Part shown: piece after piece, positions 12,295 through 27,227 of the stretch
Position numbering within the stretch: position 1 is the first letter of the stretch
Layout: each line of letters begins with the position of its first letter
NCBI GenBank assembly: GCA_964016885.1
Contig: CAXHJY010000096.1
Span: 2,542,001 to 2,606,000, forward strand
DNA: 64,000 nucleotides
Direction of reading: 5' to 3'
Origin: Eledone cirrhosa
Lineage: Eukaryota
The notes under the pieces: model-generated
Told to the model about the DNA's origin: nothing
The model's database searches: none
The model's input: the letters and a program-made list of their open reading frames with translations, nothing else
Translations under genes and position numbers: made by a program

Positions 12295-15200
12295 AATTCC
12301 TAGCCGTCCAAGGGGAGATAAATTCCAGCCTCCAAGGGGAGATAATTTCCAGCCAGCCAAGGGGAGATAATTTGTAAAAAAAATCAGGGGGAGATAATTT
12401 GTAAAAAAAATCAGGGGGAGATAATTTGTAAAAAAAAATCAGGGGGAGATAATTTGTAAAAAATAATCAGGGGGAGATAATTTGTAAAAAAAATCAAGGG
12501 GAGATAATTTCCAGCCGTCCAAGGGGAGATAATTTTCAGCCGTCCAAGGGGAGATAATTTCCCGCCAGCCAAGGGAAGATAATATTTAAAAAAATTAGGC
12601 GGAGATAATTTGTAAAAAAAATCAGGGGGAGATAATTTGTAAAAAAATCAGGGGGAGATAATTTGTAAAAAAAATCAGGGGGAGATAATTTGTAAAAAAA
12701 ATCAGGGGGAGATAATTTGTAAAAAAAAATCAGGGGGAGATAATTTGTAAAAAAAATCAAGGGGAGATAATTTCCAGCCGTCCAAGGGAAGATAATTTCC
12801 AGCCCTCCAAGGGGCTATAATTTCCAGCGTCCAAGGGGAGATAATTTCCAGCCAGCGAAGGGGAGATAATTTTTTTTAAAAAATCATTGGGAGATTTGTA
12901 AAAAAAATCAGAGGGAGATAATTTGTAAAAAAAATCAAGGGGAGATAATTTCCAGCCGTCCAAGGGGAGGTAATATCTAGCCGTCCAAGGGGAGATAATT
13001 TCCAGCCGTCCAAGGGGAGATAATTTCCAGCCGTCCAAGGGTAGATAATATCCAGCCGTCCAAGGACATATTTTCCAGCCGTCCAAGGAGAGGTAATTTC
13101 TAGCCGTCCAAGGGGAGATAAATTCCAGCCTCCAAGGTGAGATAATTTCCAGCCAGCCAAGGGGAGATAATTTGTAAAAAAATCAGGGGGAGATAATTTG
13201 TAAAAAAAATCAGGGGGAGATAATTTGTAAAAAAAAATCAGGGGGAGATAATTTGTAAAAAAAAATCAGGGGGAGATAATTTGTAAAAAAAAATCAGGGG
13301 GAGATAATTTGTAAAAAAATCAAGGGGAGATAATTTCCAGCCGTCCAAGGGGAGATAATTTTCAGCCGTCCAAGGGGAGATAATTTCCCGCCAGCCAAGG
13401 GAAGATAATATTTGAAAAAATCAGGCGGAGATAATTTGTAAAAAAAATCAGGATGAGATAATTTGTAAAAAAATCAGGGGGAGATAATTTGTAAAAAAAA
13501 AATCAGGGGGAGATAATTTGTAAAAAGAATCAGGGGGAGATAATTTGTAAAAAAAAATCAGGGGTAGATAAATTGTAAAAAAAAATCAGGGGGAGATAAT
13601 TTGTAAAAAAAATCAGGGGGAGATAATTTGTAAAAAAAATGAAAGGGGAGATAATATCCAGCCGTCCAAGGGGAGATAATTTCCAGCCGTCCAAGGGGAG
13701 ATAATTTCCAGCCGTCCAAGGGGAGATAATTTCCATCCTTCCAAGGGGATATAATTTCCAGCCGTCCAAGGGGAGATAATTTCCCGCCAGCCAAGGGAAG
13801 ATAATTTTTAAAAAAATCAGGCGGAGATTGTAAAAAAAATCAGGGGGGAGATAATTTGTAAAAAAATCAGGGGGAGATAATTTGTAAAAAAAAATCAGGG
13901 GGAGATAATTTGTAAAAAATATTCAGGGGGAGATAATTTGTAAAAAAAAATCAAGGGGAGATAATTTTCAGCCGTCCAAGGGGAGATAATTTCCCGCCAG
14001 CCAAGGGAAGATAATATTTAAAAAAATTAGGCGGAGATAATTTGTAAAAAAAATCAGGGGGAGATAATTTGTAAAAAAATCAGGGGGAGATAATTTGTAA
14101 AAAAAATCAGGGGGAGATAATTTGTAAAAAAATTCATGGGGAGATAATTTGTAAAAAAAAATCAGGGGTAGATAATTTGTAAAAAAAAATCAGGGGGAGA
14201 TAATTTGTAAAAAAAAATCAGGGGGAGATAATTTGTAAAAAAAATCAAGGGGAGATAATTTCCAGCCGTCCAAGGGGAGATAATTTTCAGCCGTCCAAGG
14301 AGAGCTAATTTCTAGCCGTCCAAGGGGAGATAATTTCCAGCCGTCCAAGGGGAGGTAATTTCCAGCCGTCCAAGGGGAGATAATTTAAAAAAAAAAATCA
14401 GGCGGAGATAATTTGTAAAAAAAATCAAGGGGAGATAATTTGCAGCCGTCCAAGGGGAGATAATTTTCAGTCGTCCAAGGAGAGGTAATTTCTAGCCGTC
14501 CAAGGGGAGATAATTGCCAGCCGTCCAAGGGGAGATAATTTCCAGCCGTCCAAGGGGAGATAATTTTTTTTAAAAAATCAGGCGGAGATAATTTGTAAAA
14601 AAAATCAGGGGGAGATAATTTGTAAACAAAATCAGGGGGAGATAATTTGTAAAAAAAAATCAGGGGGAGATAATTTGTAAAAAAAATCATGGAGAGATAA
14701 TTTCCAGCCGTCCAAGGTGAGATAATTTCCAGCCGTCCAAGGAGACATATTTTCCAGCCGTCCAAGGCGAGGTAATTTCTAGCCGTCCAAGGGGAGATAA
14801 ATTCCAGCCTCCAAGGGGAGATAATTTCCAGCTAGCCAAGTGGAGATAATTTGTAAAAAAATCAGGGGGAGATAATTTGTAAAAAATATCAGGGAGATAA
14901 TTTGTAAAAAAAAATCAGGGGGAGATAATTTGTAAAAAAAATCAGGGGGAGATAATTTGTAAAAAAAAATCAGGGGGAGATAATTTGTAAAAAAAATCAA
15001 GGGGAGATAATTTCCAGCCGTCCAAGGGGAGATAATTTTCAGCCGTCCAAGGGGAGATAATTTCCCGCCAGCCAAGGGAAGATAATATTTAAAAAAATCA
15101 GGCGGAGATAATTTGTAAAAAAAATCAGGGGGAGATAATTTGTAAAAAAATCAGGGGGAGATAATTTGTAAAAAAAAAATCAGGGGGAGATAATTTGTAA

Positions 15201-18200
15201 AAAAAATCTGGGGGAGATAATTTGTAAAAAAAAATCAGGGATAGATAATTTGTAAACAAAAATCAGGGGGAGATAATTTGTAAAAAAAAATCAGGGGGAG
15301 ATAATTTGTAAAAAAAATGAAAGGGGAGATAATATCCAGCCGTCCAAGGGGAGATAATTTCCAGCCGTCCAAGGGGATATAATTTCCAGCCGTCCAAGGG
15401 GAGATAATTTCCATCCTTCCAAGGGGATATAATTTCCAGCCGTCCAAGGGGAGATAATTTCCCGCCAGCCAAGGGAAGATAATTTTTAAAAAAATCAGGC
15501 GGAGATTGTAAAAAAAATCAGGGGGGAGATAATTTGTAAAAAAATCAGGGGGAGATAATTTGTAAAAAATAATCAGGGGGAGATAATTTGTAAAAAAATT
15601 CAAGGGGAGATAATTTCCAGCCGTCCAAGGGGAGATAATTTCCCGCCAGCCAAGGGAAGATAATATTTAAAAAAATTAGGCGGAGATAATTTGTAAAAAA
15701 AATCAGGGGGAGATAATTTGTAAAAAAATCAGGGGGAGATAATTTGTAAAAAAAATCAGGGGGAGATAATTTGTAAAAAAAATCATGGGGAGATAATTTG
15801 TAAAAAAAAATCAGGGGTAGATAATTTGTAAAAAAAAATCAGGGGGAGATAATTTGTAAAAAAAAATCAGGGGGAGATAATTTGTAAAAAAAATCAAGGG
15901 GAGATAATATCCAGCCGTCCAAGGAGAGATAATTTAAAAAAAAAATGAGGCGGAGATAATTTGTAAAAAAAAAATCAGGGGGAGTTAATTTGTAAAAAAA
16001 AATGAGGGGGAGATAATTTGTAAAAAAAATCAAGGGGAGATAATTTCCAGCCGTCCAAGGGGAGATAATTTTCAGCCGTCCAAGGAGAGGTAATTTCTAG
16101 CCGTCCAAGGGGAGATAATTTCCAGCCGTCCAAGGGGAGGTAATTTCCAGCCGTCCAAGGGGAGATAATTTTAAAAAAAAATCAGGCGGAGATAATTTGT
16201 AAAAAAAATCAAGGGGAGATAATTTGCAGCCGTCCAAGGGGAGATAATTTTCAGTCGTCCAAGGAGAGGTAATTTCTAGCCGTCCAAGGGGAGATAATTT
16301 CCAGCCGTCCAAGGGGAGATAATTTCCAGCCGTCCAAGGGGAGATAATTTTTTTTAAAAAATCAGGCGGAGATAATTTGTAAAAAAAATCAGGGGGAGAT
16401 AATTTGTAAACAAAATCAGGGGGAGATAATTTGTAAAAAAAAATCAGGGGGAGATAATTTGTAAAAAAAATTAGGCGTAGATAATTTGTAAAAAAAAATC
16501 AGGGGGAGATAATTTGTAAAAAAAAATCAGGGGGAGATAATTTGTTTAAAAAATCAAGGGGAGATAATTTGCAGCCGTCCAAGGGGAGATAATTTTCAGC
16601 CGTCCAAGGAGAGGTAATTTCTAGCCGTTCAAGGGGAGATAATTTCCAGCCGTCCAAGGGGAGATAATTTCCAGCCGTCCAAGGGGAGATAATTTTTTTT
16701 AAAAAATCAGGCGGAGATAATTTGTAAAAAAAAATCAGGGGGAGATAATTCGTAAAAAAAAATCAGGGGGAGATAATTTGTAAAAAAAAATCAGGGGGAG
16801 ATAATTTGTAAAAAAAATCAAGGGGAGATAATTTCCAGCCGTCCAAGGGGAGGTAATATCTAGCCGTCCAAGGGGAGATAATTTCCAGCCGTCCAAGGGG
16901 AGATAATTTCCAGCCATCCAAGGGGAGATAATTTCCAGCCGTCCAAGGAGACATATTTTCCAGCCGTCCAAGGCGAGGTAATTTCTAGCCGTCCAAGGGG
17001 AGATTAATTCCAGCCTCCAAGGGGAGATAATTTCCAGCCAGCCAAGGGGAGATAATTTGTAAAAAAATCAGGGGGAGATAATTTGTAAAAAATATCAGGG
17101 AGATAATTTGTAAAAAAAAATCAGGGGGAGATAATTTGTAAAAAAAATCAGGGGGAGATAATTTGTAAAAAAAAATCAGGGGGAGATAATTTGTAAAAAA
17201 AATCAAGGGGAGATAATTTCCAGCCGTCCAAGGGGAGATAATTTTCAGCCGTCCAAGGAGAGGTAATTTCTAACCGTCCGAGGAGAGATAATTTCCAGCC
17301 GTCCAAGGGGAGATAATTTCCAGCCGTCCAAGGGGAGATAATTTCCAGCCGTCCAAGGAGACATATTTTCCAGCCGTGCAAGGAGAGGTAATTTCTAGCC
17401 GTCCAAGGGGAGATAAATTCCAGCCTCCAAGGGGAGATAATTTCCAGCCAGCCAAGGGGAGATAATTTGTAAAAAAATCAGGGGGAGATAATTTGCAAAA
17501 AAAATCAGGGGGAGATAATTTGTAAAAAAAAATTAGGGGGAGATAATTTGTAAAAAATAATCAGGGGGAGATAATTTCCAGCCGTCCAAGGGAAGATAAT
17601 TTCCAGCCCTCCAAGGGGCTATAATTTCCAGTGTCCAAGGGGAGATAATTTCCAGCCAGCGAAGGGGAGATAATTTTTTTTAAAAAATCATTGGGAGATT
17701 TGTAAAAAAAATCAGGGGGAGATAATTTGTAAAAAAAATCAAGGGGAGATAATTTCCAGCCGTCCAAGGGGAGGTAATATCTAGCCGTCCAAGGGTAGAT
17801 AATTTCCAGCCGTCCAACGGGAGATAATTTCCAGCCGTCCAAGGGTAGATAATATCCAGCCGCCCAAGGACATATTTTCCAGCCGTCCAAGGAGAGGTAA
17901 TTTCTAGCCGTCCAAGGGGAGATAATTTCCAGCCGTCCAAGGGTAGATAATATCCAGCCGTCCAAGGACATATTTTCCAGCCGTCCAAGGAGAGGTAATT
18001 TCTAGCCGTCCAAGGGGAGATAAATTCCAGCCTCCAAGGGGAGATAATTTCCAGCCAGCCAAGGGGAGATAATTTGTAAAAAAATCAGGGGGAGATAATT
18101 TGTAAAAAAAATCAGGGGGAGATAATTTGTAAAAAAAAATCAGGGGGAGATAATTTGTAAAAAAAAATCAGGGTGAGATAATTTGCAAAAAAAATCAGGG

Positions 18201-19315
18201 GGAGATAATTTGTAAAAAAAAATCAGGGGTAGATAATTTGTGAAAAAAAATCAGGGGGAGATAATTTGTAAAAAAAAATCAGGGGGAGATAATTTGTAAA
18301 AAAAATCAAGGGGAGATAATTTCCAGCCGTCCAAGGAGAGATAATTTAAAAAAAAATCAGGCGGAGATAATTTGTAAAAAAAAATCAGGGGGAGATAATT
18401 TGTAAAAAAAATCAGGGGGAGATAATTTGTAAAAAAAAATCAGGGGTAGATAATTTGTAAAAAAAAATCAGGGGGAGATAATTTGTAAAAAAAAATCAGG
18501 AGGAGATAATTTGTAAAAAAAATCAAGGGGAGATAATTTCCAGCCGTCCAAGGAGAGATAATTTAAAAAAAAATCAGGCGGAGATAATTTGTAAAAAAAA
18601 ATCAGGGGGAGATAATTTGTAAAAAAAAATCAGGGGGAGATAATTTGTAAAAAAAATCAAGGGGAGATAATTTCCAGCCGTCCAAGGGGAGATAATTTTC
18701 AGCCGTCCAAGGGGAGATAATTTCCCGCCAGCCAAGGGAAGATAATATTCAAAAAAATCAGGCGGAGATAATTTGTAAAAAAAATCAGGGGGAGATAATT
18801 TGTAAAAAAATCAGGGGGAGATAATTTGTAAAAAAAAAAATCAGGGGGAGATAATTTGTAAAAAAAATCAGGGGGAGATAATTTGTAAAAAAAATCAGGG
18901 GTAGATAATTTGTAAAAAAAAATCAGGGGGAGATAATTTGTAAAAAAAAATCAGGGGGAGATAATTTGTAAAAAAAATGAAAGGGGAGATAATATCCAGC
19001 CGTCCAAGGGGAGATAATTTCCAGCCGTCCAAGGGGAGATAATTTCCAGCCGTCCAAGGGGAGATAATTTCCATCCTTCCAAGGGGATATAATTTCCAGC
19101 CGTCCAAGGGGAGATAATTTCCATCCTTCCAAGGGGATATAATTTCCAGCCGTCCAAGGGGAGATAATTTTCAGCCGTCCAAGGAGAGGTAATTTCTAGC
19201 CGTCCAAGGAGAGATAATTTCCAGCCGTCCAAGGGGAGATAATTTCCAGCCGTCCAAGGGGAGATAATTTCCAGCCGTCCAAGGAGACATATTTTCCAGC
19301 CGTCCAAGGAGAGGT
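12295..19315. repeat. HOR unit, short form, 7021 bp
   Basis: Marker at 12295 and 19316; ORFs 11874/18895. Lacks the extra ~0.95 kb module. Confidence 0.9.
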
Positions 19316-22300
19316 AATTCCTAGCCGTCCAAGGGGAGATAAATTCCAGCCTCCAAGGGGAGATAATTTCCAGCCAGCCAAGGGGAGATAATTTGTAAAA
19401 AAAATCAGGGGGAGATAATTTGTAAAAAAAATCAGGGGGAGATAATTTGTAAAAAAAAATCAGGGGTAGATAATTTGTAAAAAATAATCAGGGGGAGATA
19501 ATTTGTAAAAAAAATCAAGGGGAGATAATTTCCAGCCGTCCAAGGGGAGATAATTTTCAGCCGTCCAAGGGGAGATAATTTCCCGCCAGCCAAGGGAAGA
19601 TAATATTTAAAAAAATTAGGCGGAGATAATTTGTAAAAAAAATCAGGGGGAGATAATTTGTAAAAAAATCAGGGGGAGATAATTTGTAAAAAAAATCAGG
19701 GGGAGATAATTTGTAAAAAAAAATCAGGGGGAGATAATTTGTAAAAAAAATCAAGGGGAGATAATTTCCAGCCGTCCAAGGGAAGATAATTTCCAGCCCT
19801 CCAAGGGGCTATAATTTCCAGCGTCCAAGGGGAGATAATTTCCAGCCAGCGAAGGGGAGATAATTTTTTTTAAAAAATCATTGGGAGATTTGTAAAAAAA
19901 ATCAGGGGGAGATAATTTGTAAAAAAAATCAAGGGGAGATAATTTCCAGCCGTCCAAGGGGAGGTAATATCTAGCCGTCCAAGGGGAGATAATTTCCAGC
20001 CGTCCAAGGGGAGATAATTTCCAGCCGTCCAAGGGTAGATAATATCCAGCCGTCCAAGGACATATTTTCCAGCCGTCCAAGGAGAGGTAATTTCTAGCCG
20101 TCCAAGGGGAGATAAATTCCAGCCTCCAAGGTGAGATAATTTCCAGCCAGCCAAGGGGAGATAATTTGTAAAAAAATCAGGGGGAGATAATTTGTAAAAA
20201 AAATCAGGGGGAGATAATTTGTAAAAAAAAATCAGGGGGAGATAATTTGTAAAAAAAAATCAGGGGGAGATAATTTGTAAAAAAAAATCAGGGGGAGATA
20301 ATTTGTAAAAAAATCAAGGGGAGATAATTTCCAGCCGTCCAAGGGGAGATAATTTTCAGCCGTCCAAGGGGAGATAATTTCCCGCCAGCCAAGGGAAGAT
20401 AATATTTGAAAAAATCAGGCGGAGATAATTTGTAAAAAAAATCAGGGGAGATAATTTGTAAAAAAATCAGGGGGAGATAATTTGTAAAAAAAAAATCAGG
20501 GGGAGATAATTTGTAAAAAGAATCAGGGGGAGATAATTTGTAAAAAAAAATCAGGGGTAGATAAATTGTAAAAAAAAATCAGGGGGAGATAATTTGTAAA
20601 AAAAATCAGGGGGAGATAATTTGTAAAAAAAATGAAAGGGGAGATAATATCCAGCCGTCCAAGGGGAGATAATTTCCAGCCGTCCAAGGGGAGATAATTT
20701 CCAGCCGTCCAAGGGGAGATAATTTCCATCCTTCCAAGGGGATATAATTTCCAGCCGTCCAAGGGGAGATAATTTCCCGCCAGCCAAGGGAAGATAATTT
20801 TAAAAAAAATCAGGCGGAGATTGTAAAAAAAATCAGGGGGGAGATAATTTGTAAAAAAATCAGGGGGAGATAATTTGTAAAAAAAAATCAGGGGGAGATA
20901 ATTTGTAAAAAATAATCAGGGGGAGATAATTTGTAAAAAAAATCAAGGGGAGATAATTTCCAGCCGTCCAAGGGGAGATAATTTCCCGCCAGCCAAGGGA
21001 AGATAATATTTAAAAAAATTAGGCGGAGATAATTTGTAAAAAAAATCAGGGGGAGATAATTTGTAAAAAAATCAGGGGGAGATAATTTGTAAAAAAAATC
21101 AGGGGGAGATAATTTGTAAAAAAATTCATGGGGAGATAATTTGTAAAAAAAAATCAGGGGTAGATAATTTGTAAAAAAAAATCAGGGGGAGATAATTTGT
21201 AAAAAAAAATCAGGGGGAGATAATTTGTAAAAAAAATCAAGGGGAGATAATTTCCAGCCGTCCAAGGGGAGATAATTTTCAGCCGTCCAAGGAGAGGTAA
21301 TTTCTAGCCGTCCAAGGGGAGATAATTTCCAGCCGTCCAAGGGGAGGTAATTTCCAGCCGTCCAAGGGGAGATAATTTAAAAAAAAAAATCAGGCGGAGA
21401 TAATTTGTAAAAAAAATCAAGGGGAGATAATTTGCAGCCGTCCAAGGGGAGATAATTTTCAGTCGTCCAAGGAGAGGTAATTTCTAGCCGTCCAAGGGGA
21501 GATAATTGCCAGCCGTCCAAGGGGAGATAATTTCCAGCCGTCCAAGGGGAGATAATTTTTTTTAAAAAATCAGGCGGAGATAATTTGTAAAAAAAATCAG
21601 GGGGAGATAATTTGTAAACAAAATCAGGGGGAGATAATTTGTAAAAAAAAATCAGGGGGAGATAATTTGTAAAAAAAATCATGGAGAGATAATTTCCAGC
21701 CGTCCAAGGTGAGATAATTTCCAGCCGTCCAAGGAGACATATTTTCCAGCCGTCCAAGGCGAGGTAATTTCTAGCCGTCCAAGGGGAGATAAATTCCAGC
21801 CTCCAAGGGGAGATAATTTCCAGCTAGCCAAGTGGAGATAATTTGTAAAAAAATCAGGGGGAGATAATTTGTAAAAAATATCAGGGAGATAATTTGTAAA
21901 AAAAAATCAGGGGGAGATAATTTGTAAAAAAAATCAGGGGGAGATAATTTGTAAAAAAAAATCAGGGGGAGATAATTTGTAAAAAAAATCAAGGGGAGAT
22001 AATTTCCAGCCGTCCAAGGGGAGATAATTTTCAGCCGTCCAAGGGGAGATAATTTCCCGCCAGCCAAGGGAAGATAATATTTAAAAAAATCAGGCGGAGA
22101 TAATTTGTAAAAAAAATCAGGGGGAGATAATTTGTAAAAAAATCAGGGGGAGATAATTTGTAAAAAAAAAATCAGGGGGAGATAATTTGTAAAAAAAATC
22201 AGGGGGAGATAATTTGTAAAAAAAAATCAGGGATAGATAATTTGTAAACAAAAATCAGGGGGAGATAATTTGTAAAAAAAAATCAGGGGGAGATAATTTG

Positions 22301-25300
22301 TAAAAAAAATGAAAGGGGAGATAATATCCAGCCGTCCAAGGGGAGATAATTTCCAGCCGTCCAAGGGGATATAATTTCCAGCCGTCCAAGGGGAGATAAT
22401 TTCCATCCTTCCAAGGGGATATAATTTCCAGCCGTCCAAGGGGAGATAATTTCCCGCCAGCCAAGGGAAGATAATTTTTAAAAAAATCAGGCGGAGATTG
22501 TAAAAAAAATCAGGGGGGAGATAATTTGTAAAAAAATCAGGGGGAGATAATTTGTAAAAAATAATCAGGGGGAGATAATTTGTAAAAAAATTCAAGGGGA
22601 GATAATTTCCAGCCGTCCAAGGGGAGATAATTTCCCGCCAGCCAAGGGAAGATAATATTTAAAAAAATTAGGCGGAGATAATTTGTAAAAAAAATCAGGG
22701 GGAGATAATTTGTAAAAAAATCAGGGGGAGATAATTTGTAAAAAAAATCAGGGGGAGATAATTTGTAAAAAAAATCATGGGGAGATAATTTGTAAAAAAA
22801 AATCAGGAGTAGATAATTTGTAAAAAAAAATCAGGGGGAGATAATTTGTAAAAAAAAATCAGGGGGAGATAATTTGTAAAAAAAATCAAGGGGAGATAAT
22901 ATCCAGCCGTCCAAGGAGAGATAATTTAAAAAAAAAATGAGGCGGAGATAATTTGTAAAAAAAAAATCAGGGGGAGTTAATTTGTAAAAAAAAATGAGGG
23001 GGAGATAATTTGTAAAAAAAATCAAGGGGAGATAATTTCCAGCCGTCCAAGGGGAGATAATTTTCAGCCGTCCAAGGAGAGGTAATTTCTAGCCGTCCAA
23101 GGGGAGATAATTTCCAGCCGTCCAAGGGGAGGTAATTTCCAGCCGTCCAAGGGGAGATAATTTTAAAAAAAAAATCAGGCGGAGATAATTTGTAAAAAAA
23201 ATCAAGGGGAGATAATTTGCAGCCGTCCAAGGGGAGATAATTTTCAGTCGTCCAAGGAGAGGTAATTTCTAGCCGTCCAAGGGGAGATAATTTCCAGCCG
23301 TCCAAGGGGAGATAATTTCCAGCCGTCCAAGGGGAGATAATTTTTTTTAAAAAATCAGGCGGAGATAATTTGTAAAAAAAATCAGGGGGAGATAATTTGT
23401 AAACAAAATCAGGGGGAGATAATTTGTAAAAAAAAATCAGGGGGAGATAATTTGTAAAAAAAATTAGGCGTAGATAATTTGTAAAAAAAAATCAGGGGGA
23501 GATAATTTGTAAAAAAAAATCAGGGGGAGATAATTTGTTTAAAAAATCAAGGGGAGATAATTTGCAGCCGTCCAAGGGGAGATAATTTTCAGCCGTCCAA
23601 GGAGAGGTAATTTCTAGCCGTTCAAGGGGAGATAATTTCCAGCCGTCCAAGGGGAGATAATTTCCAGCCGTCCAAGGGGAGATAATTTTTTTTAAAAAAT
23701 CAGGCGGAGATAATTTGTAAAAAAAATCAGGGGGAGATAATTCGTAAAAAAAAATCAGGGGGAGATAATTTGTAAAAAAAAATCAGGGGGAGATAATTTG
23801 TAAAAAAAATCAAGGGGAGATAATTTCCAGCCGTCCAAGGGGAGGTAATATCTAGCCGTCCAAGGGGAGATAATTTCCAGCCGTCCAAGGGGAGATAATT
23901 TCCAGCCGTCCAAGGGGAGATAATTTCCAGCCGTCCAAGGAGACATATTTTCCAGCCGTCCAAGGCGAGGTAATTTCTAGCCGTCCAAGGGGAGATTAAT
24001 TCCAGCCTCCAAGGGGAGATAATTTCCAGCCAGCCAAGGGGAGATAATTTGTAAAAAAATCAGGGGGAGATAATTTGTAAAAAATATCAGGGAGATAATT
24101 TGTAAAAAAAAATCAGGGGGAGATAATTTGTAAAAAAAATCAGGGGGAGATAATTTGTAAAAAAAAATCAGGGGGAGATAATTTGTAAAAAAAATCAAGG
24201 GGAGATAATTTCCAGCCGTCCAAGGGGAGATAATTTTCAGCCGTCCAAGGAGAGGTAATTTCTAATCCGTCCGAGGAGAGATAATTTCCAGCCGTCCAAG
24301 GGGAGATAATTTCCAGCCGTCCAAGGGGAGATAATTTCCAGCCGTCCAAGGAGACATATTTTCCAGCCGTCCAAGGAGAGGTAATTTCTAGCCGTCCAAG
24401 GGGAGATAAATTCCAGCCTCCAAGGGGAGATAATTTCCAGCCAGCCAAGGGGAGATAATTTGTAAAAAAATCAGGGGGAGATAATTTGCAAAAAAAATCA
24501 GGGGGAGATAATTTGTAAAAAAAATCAGGGGGAGATAATTTGTAAAAAATAATCAGGGGGAGATAATTTCCAGCCGTCCAAGGGAAGATAATTTCCAGCC
24601 CTCCAAGGGGCTATAATTTCCAGTGTCCAAGGGGAGATAATTTCCAGCCAGCGAAGGGGAGATAATTTTTTTTAAAAAATCATTGGGAGATTTGTAAAAA
24701 AAATCAGGGGGAGATAATTTGTAAAAAAAATCAAGGGGAGATAATTTCCAGCCGTCCAAGGGGAGGTAATATCTAGCCGTCCAAGGGTAGATAATTTCCA
24801 GCCGTCCAACGGGAGATAATTTCCAGCCGTCCAAGGGTAGATAATATCCAGCCGCCCAAGGACATATTTTCCAGCCGTCCAAGGAGAGGTAATTTCTAGC
24901 CGTCCAAGGGGAGATAATTTCCAGCCGTCCAAGGGTAGATAATATCCAGCCGTCCAAGGACATATTTTCCAGCCGTCCAAGGAGAGGTAATTTCTAGCCG
25001 TCCAAGGGGAGATAAATTCCAGCCTCCAAGGGGAGATAATTTCCAGCCAGCCAAGGGGAGATAATTTGTAAAAAAATCAGGGGGAGATAATTTGTAAAAA
25101 AAATCAGGGGGAGATAATTTGTAAAAAAAAATCAGGGGGAGATAATTTGTAAAAAAAAATCAGGGTGAGATAATTTGCAAAAAAAATCAGGGGGAGATAA
25201 TTTGTAAAAAAAAATCAGGGGTAGATAATTTGTAAAAAAAAATCAGGGGGAGATAATTTGTAAAAAAAAATCAGGGGGAGATAATTTGTAAAAAAAATCA

Positions 25301-27227
25301 AGGGGAGATAATTTCCAGCCGTCCAAGGAGAGATAATTTAAAAAAAAATCAGGCGGAGATAATTTGTAAAAAAAAATCAGGGGGAGATAATTTGTAAAAA
25401 AAATCAGGGGGAGATAATTTGTAAAAAAAAATCAGGGGTAGATAATTTGTAAAAAAAAATCAGGAGGAGATAATTTGTAAAAAAAAATCAGGAGGAGATA
25501 ATTTGTAAAAAAAATCAAGGGGAGATAATTTCCAGCCGTCCAAGGAGAGATAATTTTAAAAAAAATCAGGCGGAGATAATTTGTAAAAAAAAATCAGGGG
25601 GAGATAATTTGTAAAAAAAAATCAGGGGGAGATAATTTGTAAAAAAAATCAAGGGGAGATAATTTCCAGCCGTCCAAGGGGAGATAATTTTCAGCCGTCC
25701 AAGGGGAGATAATTTCCAGCCAGCGAAGGGGAGATAATTTTTTTTTAAAAATCATTGGGTGATTTGTAAAAAAAATCAGGGGGAGATAATTTGTAAAAAA
25801 AATCAAGGGGAGATAATTTCCAGCCGTCCAAGGGGAGGTAATATCTAGCCGTCCAAGGGGAGATAATTTCCAGCCGTCCAAGGGGAGATAATTTCCAGCC
25901 GTCCCAGGGTAGATAATATCCAGCCGCCCAAGGACATATTTTCCAGCCGTCCAAGGAGAGGTAATTTCTAGCCGTCCAAGGGGAGATAAATTCCAGCCTC
26001 CAAGGGGAGATAATTTCCAGCCAGCCAAGGGGAGATAATTTGTAAAAAAATCAGGGGGAGATAATTTGTAAAAAAAATCAGGGGGAGATAATTTGTAAAA
26101 AAAAATCAGGGGGAGATAATTTGTAAAAAAAAATCAGGGGGAGATAATTTGCAAAAAAAATCAGGGGGAGATAATTTGTAAAAAAAAATCAGGGGTAGAT
26201 AATTTGTAAAAAAAAATCAGGGGGAGATAATTTCCAGCCGTCCAAGGAGAGATAATTTTAAAAAAAATCAGGCGGAGATAATTTGTAAAAAAAAATCAGG
26301 GGGAGATAATTTGTAAAAAAAATCAGGGGGAGATAATTTGTAAAAAAAAATCAGGGGTAGATAATTTGTAAAAAAAAATCAGGGGGAGATAATTTGTAAA
26401 AAAAAATCAGGGGGAGATAATTTGTAAAAAAAATCAAGGGGAGATAATTTCCAGCCGTCCAAGGAGAGATAATTTTAAAAAAAATCAGGCGGAGATAATT
26501 TGTAAAAAAAAATTAGGGGGAGATAATTTGTAAAAAAAAATCAGGGGGAGATAATTTGTAAAAAAAATCAAGGGGAGATAATTTCCAGCCGTCCAAGGGG
26601 AGATAATTTTCAGCCGTCCAAGGGGAGATAATTTCCCGCCAGCCAAGGGAAGATAATATTCAAAAAAATCAGGCGGAGATAATTTGTAAAAAAAATCAGG
26701 GGGAGATAATTTGTAAAAAAATCAGGGGGAGATAATTTGTAAAAAAAAAAATCAGGGGGAGATAATTTGTAAAAAAAATCAGGGGGAGATAATTTGTAAA
26801 AAAAAATCAGGGGTAGATAATTTGTAAAAAAAAATCAGGGGGAGATAATTTGTAAAAAAAAATCAGGGGGAGATAATTTGTAAAAAAAATGAAAGGGGAG
26901 ATAATATCCAGCCGTCCAAGGGGAGATAATTTCCAGCCGTCCAAGGGGAGATAATTTCCAGCCGTCCAAGGGGAGATAATTTCCATCCTTCCAAGGGGAT
27001 ATAATTTCCAGCCGTCCAAGGGGAGATAATTTCCATCCTTCCAAGGGGATATAATTTCCAGCCGTCCAAGGGGAGATAATTTTCAGCCGTCCAAGGAGAG
27101 GTAATTTCTAGCCGTCCAAGGAGAGATAATTTCCAGCCGTCCAAGGGGAGATAATTTCCAGCCGTCCAAGGGGAGATAATTTCCAGCCGTCCAAGGAGAC
27201 ATATTTTCCAGCCGTCCAAGGAGAGGT
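19316..27227. repeat. HOR unit, long form, 7912 bp
   Basis: Marker at 19316 and 27228; ORFs 18895/26807. Carries the extra module with variant GTCCCAGGGT. Confidence 0.9.
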